From positions 14,256 through 78,255 of the forward strand of contig CAIYBN010000039.1 of the NCBI GenBank assembly GCA_903924465.1: 64,000 bases of DNA, read 5' to 3'. The notes under the pieces were generated by a model. The model worked only from the letters and a program-made list of their open reading frames with translations. It had not been told where the DNA came from and ran no database searches. How positions within the stretch are numbered: position 1 is the first letter of the stretch; every line of letters starts with the position of its first letter. The translations under genes and the position numbers were made by a program. Source of the stretch: an uncultured Myxococcales bacterium. Lineage in GTDB: Bacteria > Myxococcota_A > UBA9042. Shown piece by piece: positions 37,789 to 47,761 of this stretch.

Positions 37789-39174
37789 CTACTTCTTGCA
37801 ACCGCCCGTTCCGGTCGCCGGCGCGGTCGGCGGCGTCTTCAGCGGCGCACAATTGAAATCGAACAGGTCCAGCAGCGCATCTGCGTTGGCATCGCGGGCC
37901 GAGAACGCCGGCATGTCATAGAGCGTTTCCAGGAACCGCAGCAGCGACGAATGGCTGTGCAGCGTGTGCGAGACGTACTTCTGGCGCGCATACGGGGAAA
38001 TCATCACGAACGGGACGCGGAAACCCAGTTGGTCGAATTCCGTCTGATCCGCCGCCGCCGTGCAGGCCTTGGGCGGATCGACGTGGTCGTAGAAGCCGCC
38101 GGATTCGTCGTAGGTGTAGACCAGCGCCACGCCCTTGCCGTCCTTGTCGAGCCAAATCGAACTGGCGACCACGGCGTCGTACAACTTCTTGGTCCACGCT
38201 TCGCCCTTTTGCACGTCCGCCGGCGGGTGCTCGTCTTCGTCGTTGAGCTTGGCGTCGATGAACACCACCTGCGGCAGCGTGCCGTTCTTCAGTGCATCGT
38301 AGAAGGCCGCGACGGTGCCGACGCCCTTGTGCGATGAATTCCAGCCCAGGCTGAGCAGCGCGACGTCGAGCGGATAGTCGTCGTCTGAATACACGCCCCA
38401 GGTGACGCCAGCCGTGTCCAGCGCGTCGAACACGGTGCGCGTGCCATCTGGCACAAAGTTCGTGCCGGTGTTTTTGACCCCGTAAGACTGACCGGCGTAG
38501 AGGTACAGGCGATTCGCCCACGTGCCCGCCAGCGCTGAACAGTGGTAGTGATCGGCCATCGCATAGGTGTTGGCCAGGAACGCGTAAAACGGCAGCTCCG
38601 CCGGCGTGAAGCCGCCCATGACGAAGCTGCCGTCGTTGGGGACCACCGTCAGTTCGTCGGAACCGACGGAATGGTTGGCGGCATTGACGACGAAGCCGTC
38701 CAGCTTTCCGCCGTCGTACATCGCGTGCATGCTGGTCCACTGGTGCTCGGGATCCAGCTGCACGCACGTCGTGGCCTCGAGGTAGACGTTCACCGCCGCA
38801 CCATTCTTGTCCGGATTGCTCGCCGTCGCTGGCACGCCTTCCACATCCGTGCGACCGAGCCGCCCGAAGATCGCGTCAAACGAACGGTTTTCTTTCATCA
38901 CAATAATCACATGGCCGATCGCCAACTTGGCGCGATCTGCAGCCGTGATGGCCAACGTGTCCGCGACCTTGGCGCCCGCCGCGAACGTGCACGCCGTGCG
39001 GTCAGCGACGTGCGGATCGGCGACCGGCAGCGCGCCGCAAGCCGCAGCGGTGGTGTCATCGGCGCTGGCATCGGCGGCGGCGTCATCGGTGGAAGACGTG
39101 GCCGGCGTTGTGGACGAACCACAGGCGGCGAACAGGCACATCGACAGGGCGAGCGGAAGACGAAAAATGGCCAC
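37789..39174 (-). CDS. Phosphoesterase-family lipoprotein (phospholipase C/acid phosphatase AcpA-like)
   Basis: HVIIVMKENRSFD, TWANR, DEHPP, TYDESGGFYDHV, GFRVP..ISPY. GTG start after GGAGGT; lipobox FAAC. Confidence 0.92.
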   Translation of the reverse strand: MAIFRLPLALSMCLFAACGSSTTPATSSTDDAAADASADDTTAAACGALPVADPHVADRTACTFAAGAKVADTLAITAADRAKLAIGHVIIVMKENRSFDAIFGRLGRTDVEGVPATASNPDKNGAAVNVYLEATTCVQLDPEHQWTSMHAMYDGGKLDGFVVNAANHSVGSDELTVVPNDGSFVMGGFTPAELPFYAFLANTYAMADHYHCSALAGTWANRLYLYAGQSYGVKNTGTNFVPDGTRTVFDALDTAGVTWGVYSDDDYPLDVALLSLGWNSSHKGVGTVAAFYDALKNGTLPQVVFIDAKLNDEDEHPPADVQKGEAWTKKLYDAVVASSIWLDKDGKGVALVYTYDESGGFYDHVDPPKACTAAADQTEFDQLGFRVPFVMISPYARQKYVSHTLHSHSSLLRFLETLYDMPAFSARDANADALLDLFDFNCAPLKTPPTAPATGTGGCKK

Positions 39175-39251
39175 GGGACCTCCGGAAATCACCAAAGAAA
39201 CGGCGTTGACGGGGCGAGATGCGCCGGCCGACGGAGCGTAGCAGAAGTGGA

Positions 39252-39269
39252 CGGATTGTGACAAATCCG
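39252..39269. promoter_or_regulatory. Palindromic candidate operator in a divergent intergenic region
   Basis: CGGATT-GTGACA-AATCCG between the divergent phosphoesterase and giant repeat-protein genes. Confidence 0.35.
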
Positions 39270-39426
39270 CGCTGTTTTGGTGACGGACTCGTGCGAGCGG
39301 CGGCGCGACGGGGTCGCTGGGCATCGATCAGCCAACAATTCGCGTCAGACCCATTGCGTCTGAGCGGACTGCACCTATCTTCGGGAAGGGTTCGGGGCGC
39401 AGGATGCTGTGCATCGGAGAATTGCC

Positions 39427-42400
39427 ATGAATACCATGTCGTTAGACGTGTTTGTCGGCGTTTTGCTTCGGACCTATTGCGCCAGACTGTTTGCCTTCAC
39501 ACTACTCATTGCGATGGTCGGATGCGGTGAGGGCAAGGGCGTGGCGGCGACGGACGTCAACGGCACGGGCAGCAGCACCATCAAGGACCCGCAGCTGGGC
39601 GACGGGATCGGTGGGGCGAGCGATACCGCGGCGGGAACCGACGCCGAACCCGCCGGCACGGACGCGCAATTGGCTGAAGCTGGCGGATCCGACGCCGACG
39701 CGAGTGACCCGCCCGACTTTTGGACCGACGACACGCTGGCACCGGACGTCCAGGGGACCGATGCGACCGCCGACAGCACGCCCAAGCCGGACGTGAACGT
39801 CGGCTGCAAGATGGCGGCCGATTGCAATGACAACAACGTCTGCACCGATGACAAGTGCGATCCCGTCATCGGCTGCGTTCGCACCAACAACACCCAAGTC
39901 TGCGACGACGGCGACGCCTGCACGACCGGCGAAATCTGCGCATCGGGCGTATGCGCCGGCATCTGGGCGACGGACTGCAGCGATGGCAATCCGTGCACAG
40001 CGAAGGGCTGCGACCCGAAAACCGGCTGTTTCGCGCTCAACGTGGGCGGGAAAGCCTGTGACGACGGCCAGGCGTGCAGCAGCACGGACGTCTGCGCGCA
40101 CGGCGTCTGCATCGGCATCGCGCCAGAGTGCAAGGACAGCAATCCTTGCACGGACGACACCTGCACGGACGCCGCTGGCTGCGTGTTTCTCGCCAATGCA
40201 GTGACGTGCGACGACGGCTCGGCTTGCACCGTAGGCGACAGCTGCAAGGACGGCGCATGCACCGCGGGCATCGGCGAACTGTGTGACGACGGCAATCCAT
40301 GCACCTCGGACCTCTGCAACACGGGCGCTGGCTGCAGTCACGTGGCCATCGCCGGCAGCTGCGACGACGGCAATGCCTGCACCAGCGGCGATGCATGCGC
40401 AAACGGCCAGTGCGGCGGTACGGCTGTCGTCTGCAACGACGCCAACCCGTGCACGTCGGATGGGTGCAGCAAAGCTTCGGGATGTTGGACCGAACCGCTG
40501 GCCGACGGCTGCTCGGACGGCAATGCCTGCACGATGAACGACACCTGCGTGGCCGGCACCTGCCAGCCTGGGCCGATCGGCAATTGCGACGACGGCAACA
40601 CCTGCACGGCGGACAGCTGCGACGCGCAGATCGGCTGCGTCCACGCCGAGACCGTCGTGAGCTGCGACGACAGCAGCGCCTGTACGACTGGCGACAGCTG
40701 TGTGGGCGCACTGTGCAAGGCCGGTTCGGTCGTTGACTGCGGCGACAACAACCCGTGCACGAACGATGCTTGCGACGCGCAACACGGCTGCCAGCACACC
40801 AACGTGGACGGCGGCAGCTGTGACGACGGCAAGGCGTGCAGCACCAACGACACGTGCGCGCACGGCGTGTGCCTGGGCGTGGTCTTGAGCTGCGACGACA
40901 ACAATCCGTGCACGGACAACAGCTGCGACAATCAGGGCGGCTGCGTGTTCCTGGCCAACGACGTCACGTGTGACGACGGCAACGCTTGCACCACCGGGGA
41001 AGCGTGCCACAACCACGCCTGTGGCGCCGGCGCTGTGGTGCAATGCGACGACAAAAACCCGTGCACCCAGGAAGTTTGCGATCCGAAATCGGGCTGCAAA
41101 GGGGTCGTGCTCAACGGAAGCGCCTGTGAGGACGGCGATGCGTGCACCATCGGCGACACGTGCGTTTCCGGACAATGCGCATCGAACTTACTCAGTTGCG
41201 AGGACAACAACCCGTGCACCCTGGACAGTTGCGACAAGGCGGCGGGCTGCATCCACACCGCGCTGACGAGCGGATGCGACGACGGCGACGCGTGCACGGC
41301 CAACGACACTTGCCTGGCCGGAATCTGCAGCGGGACTCCCGCCGCGCCGTGTGACGATGGGAACGCGTGCACGAACGACGTGTGCGACAAGACGATCGGC
41401 TGCGTTTTCACCCCCAACAGCAACCCATGCAGCGACGGCGATGTCTGTACCAGCAACGATCTCTGCGTGAACGGCACGTGCGTGAGCGGCGCGGCGCTGG
41501 CGTGCAATGATCAGAATCCATGCACCAAGGACAGTTGCCAGGCACTGACCGGCTGCGTCTTCCGCAACGATGACGGCAAGGCCTGCGACGATGGCCAGAC
41601 GTGCAGCGTGAATGACACGTGTTCGGGCGGCCTGTGCTCGGGCTTCGCGCCCAACTGCGGTGACGACAACGGCTGCACCAATGACTCCTGCGCAGACGGC
41701 GTGGGCTGCGTGCACCTGGCCAACACCGCGGCGTGCGATGACGGCAACGCCTGCACGACGGCAGACACATGCAGCAACAAGGGCTGCGTGGGCGGCGCGG
41801 CGCCGAACTGCAACGACAGCAACTTCTGCACCAGCGATGCATGCGACAACACGATGGGCTGCGTGCATCAGAACAAGGCGGTCGCGTGCGACGACGGCGA
41901 CGCATGCACCACGGGCGACACCTGCAGCGGCGGCGCCTGCGTGCCCAGCGGCGTCGCGGGATGTGACGACGGCAACCCCTGCACGATCGACGGCTGCACG
42001 CCGCTGGGCGGCTGTACCCACAGCGACGCACTGCCCGCGACCGCATGCGACGACGCCAACGCGTGTACGGTGGGCGACACCTGCCTCGGCCAGACCTGCG
42101 TGGGCGCGATCCGGACCTGCGATGACGGCGATCCGTGCACGGCCGACGGATGCGACCCTGCGAGCGGCTGCACCACGCCAGCCGGCAACGACGGTGCGTC
42201 CTGCACCGACACCAACGCATGCACGGCCGAGGACGCGTGCGCGAACGGCGTGTGCAAGGGCAGCCCGGTCGTCTGCAACGACGGCAATCCGTGCACCGAC
42301 GACGCGTGCGATGTGGCGTTGGGCTGTGTCGCCCCCTTCAACACGGCCAGTTGCGACGATGGCGTGGCCTGCACCCACACCGACACCTGCGTGGACGGCA

Positions 42401-44565
42401 ATTGTCGCGGCGCACCGACGAACGGCGACTGTGACGACAGCAATCCGTGCACTGTGGACACCTGCAACGCGCTGACGGGCTGCGTGTCAGCGGCAGGCGA
42501 CGACGGCGCCGTTTGCTCCGATGGCAACGCGTGCACGAACAGCGATGCGTGTTTGGGCGGGCAATGCCTCGCCGGCTCACCCACGGCGTGCTTGGACGTT
42601 GCCTGCAACACCGTGGCATGCGACCCGGAAAGCGGCTTGTGCGTGTACACGCCGTTCGCGAACCACACACCTTGCGAGGACGGCAACGCGTGCACCCTCG
42701 CCGACGCGTGCCAGACAGGCGCGTGCGTCGCCGGAACTCCGGCCGTATGCGTGGGCAAGGCCTGCAACACCGTGACGTGCAATCCGCTCACCGGAGCGTG
42801 CGACTACGTGGCCATTGCGGACGACGTCACCTGCGACGACGCCAACGCCTGCACCAACGGCGACAGGTGCACGGGTGGGACCTGCCAGTCGGGCAGCCCG
42901 ACAAGCTGCGAAGACAGAATGTGCAACACCGTCGCCTGCAACACGACGACCGGGGCGTGCGACTACACGCCTGTCGCGGACACGACCGGATGCGACGACG
43001 GCAACGCGTGCACAACCGTGGACACGTGCGCGCAAGGCGCGTGCGTCGGCGGCACACCCGTGATCTGCGCCGCTTTGGATCAGTGCCACGACCCCGGCCT
43101 CTGCGACACCGGCACCGGCGCGTGTTCGAACCCAGAAAAGGAGGACGGCGTGAGCTGCACCGACGACGACGCCTGTACCCAAATCGACATCTGCTTCTCC
43201 GGCATGTGCGCGGGTGTCGCGCCGGTGATCTGCGAAGCCATCGACGAGTGCCACACGGCCGGCGTGTGCGACCCAGGCAACGGCCTGTGCTCACAGCCAA
43301 ACGCAGCGGACGGCTTGGCGTGCAGCGACGAGAATGCCTGCACGCAGATCGACACTTGCATCGCCGGCGCGTGCATCGGCAGCAGCAGCGTCGCGTGCGC
43401 TGCGCTGGATCAATGCCACGCCATCGGCACATGCGACACGACAACCGGCACTTGCAGCCAGCCGCCCGTGCCCAACGCCACGACCTGCAACGATGGGGAC
43501 GCCTGCACGCTGTCGGATGTCTGCACGAACGGCGCCTGCGGTGGCACTGCGGCGGACTGCGGGGACACGCTCGCGTGCACCACGGACGCGTGCAATCCCG
43601 CGACCGGCTGCACGCACACACCGGTCGATGCCGCGTGCACCGACGGCATCGCCTGCACGACGGATACTTGCGTACTCGGGATCGGCTGCGTCCACGTCGG
43701 TCATGATTCCGCCTGCGACGACTTGACGGCGTGCACGAGCGACGCCTGCGAAAACGGTGTCGGCTGCATCCACACGCCGAACAACAACGCGTGCGCGGAC
43801 GGCAATGTTTGCACCACCGATCTCTGCACCAGCGGCGCGGGCTGCAGCAACCCGGCCGGCAACAACGGCGGGGCGTGCACCGATGGCGGCATCTGCACGT
43901 CGACCAACAGCATGTGCAATGGCGGCCTGTGCACGCTGGTGCCGGCCTGCAACGACAACAACGCCTGCACGACCGACGCGTGCAATCCCACGACCGGCGC
44001 GTGCACACACGTCGGCGGCCTGTGCGGCACGGGCGGCACTTGTGTCGCTGACAGCGATTGCAGCAGTGGATCGTGCAACCCGACCAGCCACACCTGCAAT
44101 GCCCCGGTCACCTGCGGTGCATGGAACGTCGCCGCGCAACAGGGCAGCCCCAGCGTCGGCAGTGTTTCCGGCTGCAGCTGGGCGGGCGGCACGAACTCGA
44201 ACCTCATCGAGGGGCTATTCCCCGAGAACGTCTACGGCAGCGTCAACAGCGTCGTCGCCACGACGAGCAGTTCGACCGGCAACACGATCAAGGTCGGCCA
44301 GACGCTGACGATCACCAGCCTCAGCGTCAAGATCGCGCCGTCCTGGAGCACCAGCACCGCGCTGACCTTCACGGTTCGCGTGAACAACGTGGACAGCGGC
44401 ACGGCGAAATGCACCGTCGCAGCCGGCGCGACCACATGCAGCGCGGCGAACTTGAGCCAAGCCGTGCTCGCCAACCAAACGCTGAACCTGCACATTGTCC
44501 AAGCGCAGGGACAGTGGTTCAACTCAGCAACGGCAACCTGGTCGGTTGGCTACAAGATCCCGTGA
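39427..44565 (+). CDS. Giant (about 1710 aa) Cys-rich repeat lipoprotein with Dictyostelium CTDC-like repeats
   Basis: GGAGA RBS; lipobox MVGC; acidic linker; dozens of CDDGNxCTxxDxC units; Cys-poor Ser/Thr-rich C-terminal beta domain. Confidence 0.9.
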   Translation: MNTMSLDVFVGVLLRTYCARLFAFTLLIAMVGCGEGKGVAATDVNGTGSSTIKDPQLGDGIGGASDTAAGTDAEPAGTDAQLAEAGGSDADASDPPDFWTDDTLAPDVQGTDATADSTPKPDVNVGCKMAADCNDNNVCTDDKCDPVIGCVRTNNTQVCDDGDACTTGEICASGVCAGIWATDCSDGNPCTAKGCDPKTGCFALNVGGKACDDGQACSSTDVCAHGVCIGIAPECKDSNPCTDDTCTDAAGCVFLANAVTCDDGSACTVGDSCKDGACTAGIGELCDDGNPCTSDLCNTGAGCSHVAIAGSCDDGNACTSGDACANGQCGGTAVVCNDANPCTSDGCSKASGCWTEPLADGCSDGNACTMNDTCVAGTCQPGPIGNCDDGNTCTADSCDAQIGCVHAETVVSCDDSSACTTGDSCVGALCKAGSVVDCGDNNPCTNDACDAQHGCQHTNVDGGSCDDGKACSTNDTCAHGVCLGVVLSCDDNNPCTDNSCDNQGGCVFLANDVTCDDGNACTTGEACHNHACGAGAVVQCDDKNPCTQEVCDPKSGCKGVVLNGSACEDGDACTIGDTCVSGQCASNLLSCEDNNPCTLDSCDKAAGCIHTALTSGCDDGDACTANDTCLAGICSGTPAAPCDDGNACTNDVCDKTIGCVFTPNSNPCSDGDVCTSNDLCVNGTCVSGAALACNDQNPCTKDSCQALTGCVFRNDDGKACDDGQTCSVNDTCSGGLCSGFAPNCGDDNGCTNDSCADGVGCVHLANTAACDDGNACTTADTCSNKGCVGGAAPNCNDSNFCTSDACDNTMGCVHQNKAVACDDGDACTTGDTCSGGACVPSGVAGCDDGNPCTIDGCTPLGGCTHSDALPATACDDANACTVGDTCLGQTCVGAIRTCDDGDPCTADGCDPASGCTTPAGNDGASCTDTNACTAEDACANGVCKGSPVVCNDGNPCTDDACDVALGCVAPFNTASCDDGVACTHTDTCVDGNCRGAPTNGDCDDSNPCTVDTCNALTGCVSAAGDDGAVCSDGNACTNSDACLGGQCLAGSPTACLDVACNTVACDPESGLCVYTPFANHTPCEDGNACTLADACQTGACVAGTPAVCVGKACNTVTCNPLTGACDYVAIADDVTCDDANACTNGDRCTGGTCQSGSPTSCEDRMCNTVACNTTTGACDYTPVADTTGCDDGNACTTVDTCAQGACVGGTPVICAALDQCHDPGLCDTGTGACSNPEKEDGVSCTDDDACTQIDICFSGMCAGVAPVICEAIDECHTAGVCDPGNGLCSQPNAADGLACSDENACTQIDTCIAGACIGSSSVACAALDQCHAIGTCDTTTGTCSQPPVPNATTCNDGDACTLSDVCTNGACGGTAADCGDTLACTTDACNPATGCTHTPVDAACTDGIACTTDTCVLGIGCVHVGHDSACDDLTACTSDACENGVGCIHTPNNNACADGNVCTTDLCTSGAGCSNPAGNNGGACTDGGICTSTNSMCNGGLCTLVPACNDNNACTTDACNPTTGACTHVGGLCGTGGTCVADSDCSSGSCNPTSHTCNAPVTCGAWNVAAQQGSPSVGSVSGCSWAGGTNSNLIEGLFPENVYGSVNSVVATTSSSTGNTIKVGQTLTITSLSVKIAPSWSTSTALTFTVRVNNVDSGTAKCTVAAGATTCSAANLSQAVLANQTLNLHIVQAQGQWFNSATATWSVGYKIP

Positions 44566-44583
44566 TCGCTTGGCTTCGAGGCG

Positions 44584-45183
44584 TCAGTACACTTCGCCCG
44601 AATCAAAGCCGACGCTGTGGCTGTGACACCGCCCGCACCATTCGGTTGAATGCGCCGCTCCGCTGCCATCCGCTCGATAGTACTTGGTTTTCGTGTGACA
44701 GACTTCGCACTCGCCGCCACCAAGCGTCGTGTCCGTTCCGCCGGATCGGGCAAGTCCCTCCGCGCTGGCGCCTTCAGGCTTGGTCATCGTCACCCATGCC
44801 GTGCCCGTTGCCACCGTGATTTGGCGGCGGAGAAGGAACGCGTTTTCGCTGCCATGCGGATCGTGGCAAACCGTGCACGCCGTGCCTGCGGGGTGCGATG
44901 TCTCACTGTGACATTCGGCGCACGTCGTTGACGTCGCGTGGCCGGCGATGCCGACGCTGTCGAACACTTCGTGACAGCGTTTGCAGTCGAACAGCAACGC
45001 GTGGCTCGACGGCCTTTGCCAATCCTGACCGATGGCGAGGTGGCATTGGCCGCACGCGGGCGCGATCGTCAGGTCCGAACCGACGCCGGTGAGCTGGGTC
45101 GATCCGCTGCTGGTGTCGGCCTGCGCCCAGACGCCTGCGACGGCAAGAATGACGAGGAAAATCGCCAATGCAGCGCGTTTCAT
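44584..45183 (-). CDS. Small periplasmic hexaheme cytochrome c
   Basis: Signal peptide and six CxxCH motifs: CGQCH, CKRCH, CAECH, CTVCH(DPHGS), CEVCH, CGRCH. Confidence 0.9.
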   Translation of the reverse strand: MKRAALAIFLVILAVAGVWAQADTSSGSTQLTGVGSDLTIAPACGQCHLAIGQDWQRPSSHALLFDCKRCHEVFDSVGIAGHATSTTCAECHSETSHPAGTACTVCHDPHGSENAFLLRRQITVATGTAWVTMTKPEGASAEGLARSGGTDTTLGGGECEVCHTKTKYYRADGSGAAHSTEWCGRCHSHSVGFDSGEVY

Positions 45184-46829
45184 GGCGTCACCCCGCCCTT
45201 GCCCATCAGCCCAGCGAGATAGGTCGCCGTGCGATGCGCCAGCGCCTGTTGCGTCAGCGTGGGATTGAAGCCCGTCGATGTCGGATACACACCGCCGTCA
45301 GCCACCCAGACATTGTCGACGTCGTGGAGGCGCCCCCACAAATCGGTCACCGACGCCTTCGGGTCCGCGCCCATGCGCGTCGTGCCCAACAGGTGGCGGG
45401 AATTCGGCACGCCGTCCTGTTGGACAAAGTCGATCTCCAGCGTTTCCACCGCGCCAGCCGCCACAGCGATTTCCTTCAGCTTCGGCATGTACCGGTCCAT
45501 CACCGCCTGATCGCGGGCGTGGCGCACATACGTGACGCGCGCGACCGGCCGGCCGTAGATGTCGCGCACTTTCGCGTCCAATTCCACACGGTTGGACAGC
45601 TGCGGCATATCCTCACCCATCATGGAGACCGAGCCGATCTTGCGGCGATACTTGCCATCCACCATCAACTGCTTGTGCATTTGCCAGGGCAAGCTGATGC
45701 CGAAGTCGATGGCGCCTTGCTGGCCGCCCAACTCGATGTAGCCGCCGCGCAGGTAGTCGGGACTGCCATCGGAAACGGTGAAATCGCCCATGGCGTGGGT
45801 GACGACGCGGCTGCGGTACGAGCGGACTTCCTCGTCGAACACGCCGATCACGGCAAAGACCATGTGGAACATCAGGTTGCAGCCCAGTTGCCCACTGGAA
45901 TTGCCGATGCCATTCGGGTGCGCTGGATTCGCCGAGGCCAACAACAACCGCGGGGTCTCAATCGCGTTGGCTGCCAGAATCACATGCGTCGCGGTCAGCG
46001 TCTGCGTCGCGCCATCGGGCCCGATGACTTCCACACCGGTCGCGTGCGCGCCATCGGTCGTAGTCAGCAGTTTCGTCACACACGTTTCCGGCAGCAGCGT
46101 CAGGTTGCCGGTCAGCAGCGCGTCGCGAATGACCGTCACCGCCGTCGAACCTTTGGCGTCGATCGGACAGCCGACACCGCAAAATCCGCAATCGACACAG
46201 GCCGGACGACCGCGATAAGCGATGGAATTGTTGGCCATCGGCATGGGATGCGGATGATAGCCAAGCGCTTTCGCGCCCTTGGCCAACAGCGTCGCGACCT
46301 TCGGCTGACGACCGGGCGGCATGGGATATGGCCCGCGCTTCTCGGCAAACGGATCGGCCCCCGCCGCGCCTTGCACACCGACCAGACGCTCGACTTCGTC
46401 GTAATGCGGCGCCAAATCGCTGTAAGTAATCGGCCAATCGACCAAATTGGCGCCCGGCACCGCGCCATAGTTCGTGAGCGCCTGTAGGTCCGCCTGCTGC
46501 ACCCGCGGACAATCGCCGTCGTAGAACACCGTGCCGCCGCCGACCGTCACGCCAAGACCTTGGAACTCCTGGATCTTCGCCTCAGCGCCGGTCGTTTGGA
46601 CCAACGTGCGCGGCTCGCTGAATGGGTCGTGAAAGCCAAAATACCGGCGCAGCCGCAGCTCATCGTTGCCAAACAGCGACTGCCGCAGCGTCTGCGCCCC
46701 GAGCGTCGGGTACGCGTTGCGCCCCTTCTCAATCAGGGCAACTTTCAGGCCTTTTTGCGCAAGCACGTAGGCAGACATGCCTCCGCCGGCGCCCGATCCG
46801 ACAATGATCACGTCAAAGGATGTCGCCAC
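45180..46829 (-). CDS. GMC-family FAD oxidoreductase (gluconate-2-dehydrogenase-like large subunit)
   Basis: DVIIVGSGAGGG, VGGGT, Cys cluster CVDCGFCGVGC, ETPRLLL, HLLGTTRMG, NPTLT. Confidence 0.93.
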   Translation of the reverse strand: MATSFDVIIVGSGAGGGMSAYVLAQKGLKVALIEKGRNAYPTLGAQTLRQSLFGNDELRLRRYFGFHDPFSEPRTLVQTTGAEAKIQEFQGLGVTVGGGTVFYDGDCPRVQQADLQALTNYGAVPGANLVDWPITYSDLAPHYDEVERLVGVQGAAGADPFAEKRGPYPMPPGRQPKVATLLAKGAKALGYHPHPMPMANNSIAYRGRPACVDCGFCGVGCPIDAKGSTAVTVIRDALLTGNLTLLPETCVTKLLTTTDGAHATGVEVIGPDGATQTLTATHVILAANAIETPRLLLASANPAHPNGIGNSSGQLGCNLMFHMVFAVIGVFDEEVRSYRSRVVTHAMGDFTVSDGSPDYLRGGYIELGGQQGAIDFGISLPWQMHKQLMVDGKYRRKIGSVSMMGEDMPQLSNRVELDAKVRDIYGRPVARVTYVRHARDQAVMDRYMPKLKEIAVAAGAVETLEIDFVQQDGVPNSRHLLGTTRMGADPKASVTDLWGRLHDVDNVWVADGGVYPTSTGFNPTLTQQALAHRTATYLAGLMGKGGVTP

Positions 46830-46832
46830 GGC

Positions 46833-47642
46833 TCAGCCCTCCTCGGGGTGCGACATTTGCCGCGCCGTATAGCCAATGGGTTGGCGATCGCCTTCGTAGC
46901 CGATCAACTTCCAGCCCGCTTGCTCGAAGTTGCCGCCATACACCGGATCACCGTACATCGCTTCAACCACATGGATATACAGTTGATTGACAAAGTCTGC
47001 GTCGGCCGCGCCCAGCAACCCGGAGACCGCGTCGCGATCCGCCACCGCCAGTCCCTTGCCCAAGGTCTTTTGCGCCAGTGCGTCCAACGTATCCAACCCC
47101 GTGTTGTACTGCGTCTGCAGACCGGTAACCGGGCCATTCCACTCGCGTTCCGGCTTGCCGTTCGACCCTTCCAGGTACGTGCGCCAGCGCAGCGTTTCCA
47201 CACGTGTCAGCGGCTGGAAGTGCGAAAACCCGTCCAGTCCGCCGTGCCGACCAGAAAATGGCCCACCGGCATAGATTCGCGGTGGATCAACGGAAAAGGC
47301 CCCGAGCAGTTGGTCCAGATACCACGCAGCGTGAACCTGCGTGGCGCCGGGCGATGCAGCATCACCGGGAATCAGCGCGTCAAACGCGGCCAGCAGCATG
47401 GCGTAGCGTTCGGGCGTCAGGAAAGTGCCATCCGGAACGCTCCAATTGCCAACCGTCTTCTGGACCACCTGCGTCACATCGCCAGGAACATCAACAGTTC
47501 CATCAGCTTGCGAATTGGACCCTGCGTCGTTTTCCCCTGTGGCAGCGTCGCGTCGGCAGGACACCAGTGCTGGCGCCGCCGCAAGGATCACCGCGCCTCC
47601 CAGAAAGCGACGTCTGGTCAGTGGGTTACGAGATACCGTCAT
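46833..47642 (-). CDS. Gluconate-2-dehydrogenase subunit 3-like protein, Tat-exported lipoprotein
   Basis: TRRRFLGG Tat motif then LVSC; LIPGD..PGA; YGDPVYGGN..GWKLIGY. Confidence 0.88.
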   Translation of the reverse strand: MTVSRNPLTRRRFLGGAVILAAAPALVSCRRDAATGENDAGSNSQADGTVDVPGDVTQVVQKTVGNWSVPDGTFLTPERYAMLLAAFDALIPGDAASPGATQVHAAWYLDQLLGAFSVDPPRIYAGGPFSGRHGGLDGFSHFQPLTRVETLRWRTYLEGSNGKPEREWNGPVTGLQTQYNTGLDTLDALAQKTLGKGLAVADRDAVSGLLGAADADFVNQLYIHVVEAMYGDPVYGGNFEQAGWKLIGYEGDRQPIGYTARQMSHPEEG

Positions 47643-47761
47643 GGCCTCTCCTGGGTCCGCATTGTGGGACGAACACGCTATCTTTAGGCACGACGCGGAT
47701 CTTGGCAAGCGTCGCGCCGGCGCTGCTTGCGGGGACCCGGCCAACCCGCTACGGTCGGCGT

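Noticed and set aside
39427-44565. Multiheme cytochrome or RiPP interpretation of the Cys-rich proteins
   Set aside because: Cys spacing follows disulfide-repeat patterns rather than repeated CxxCH, and no modifying enzymes are adjacent.
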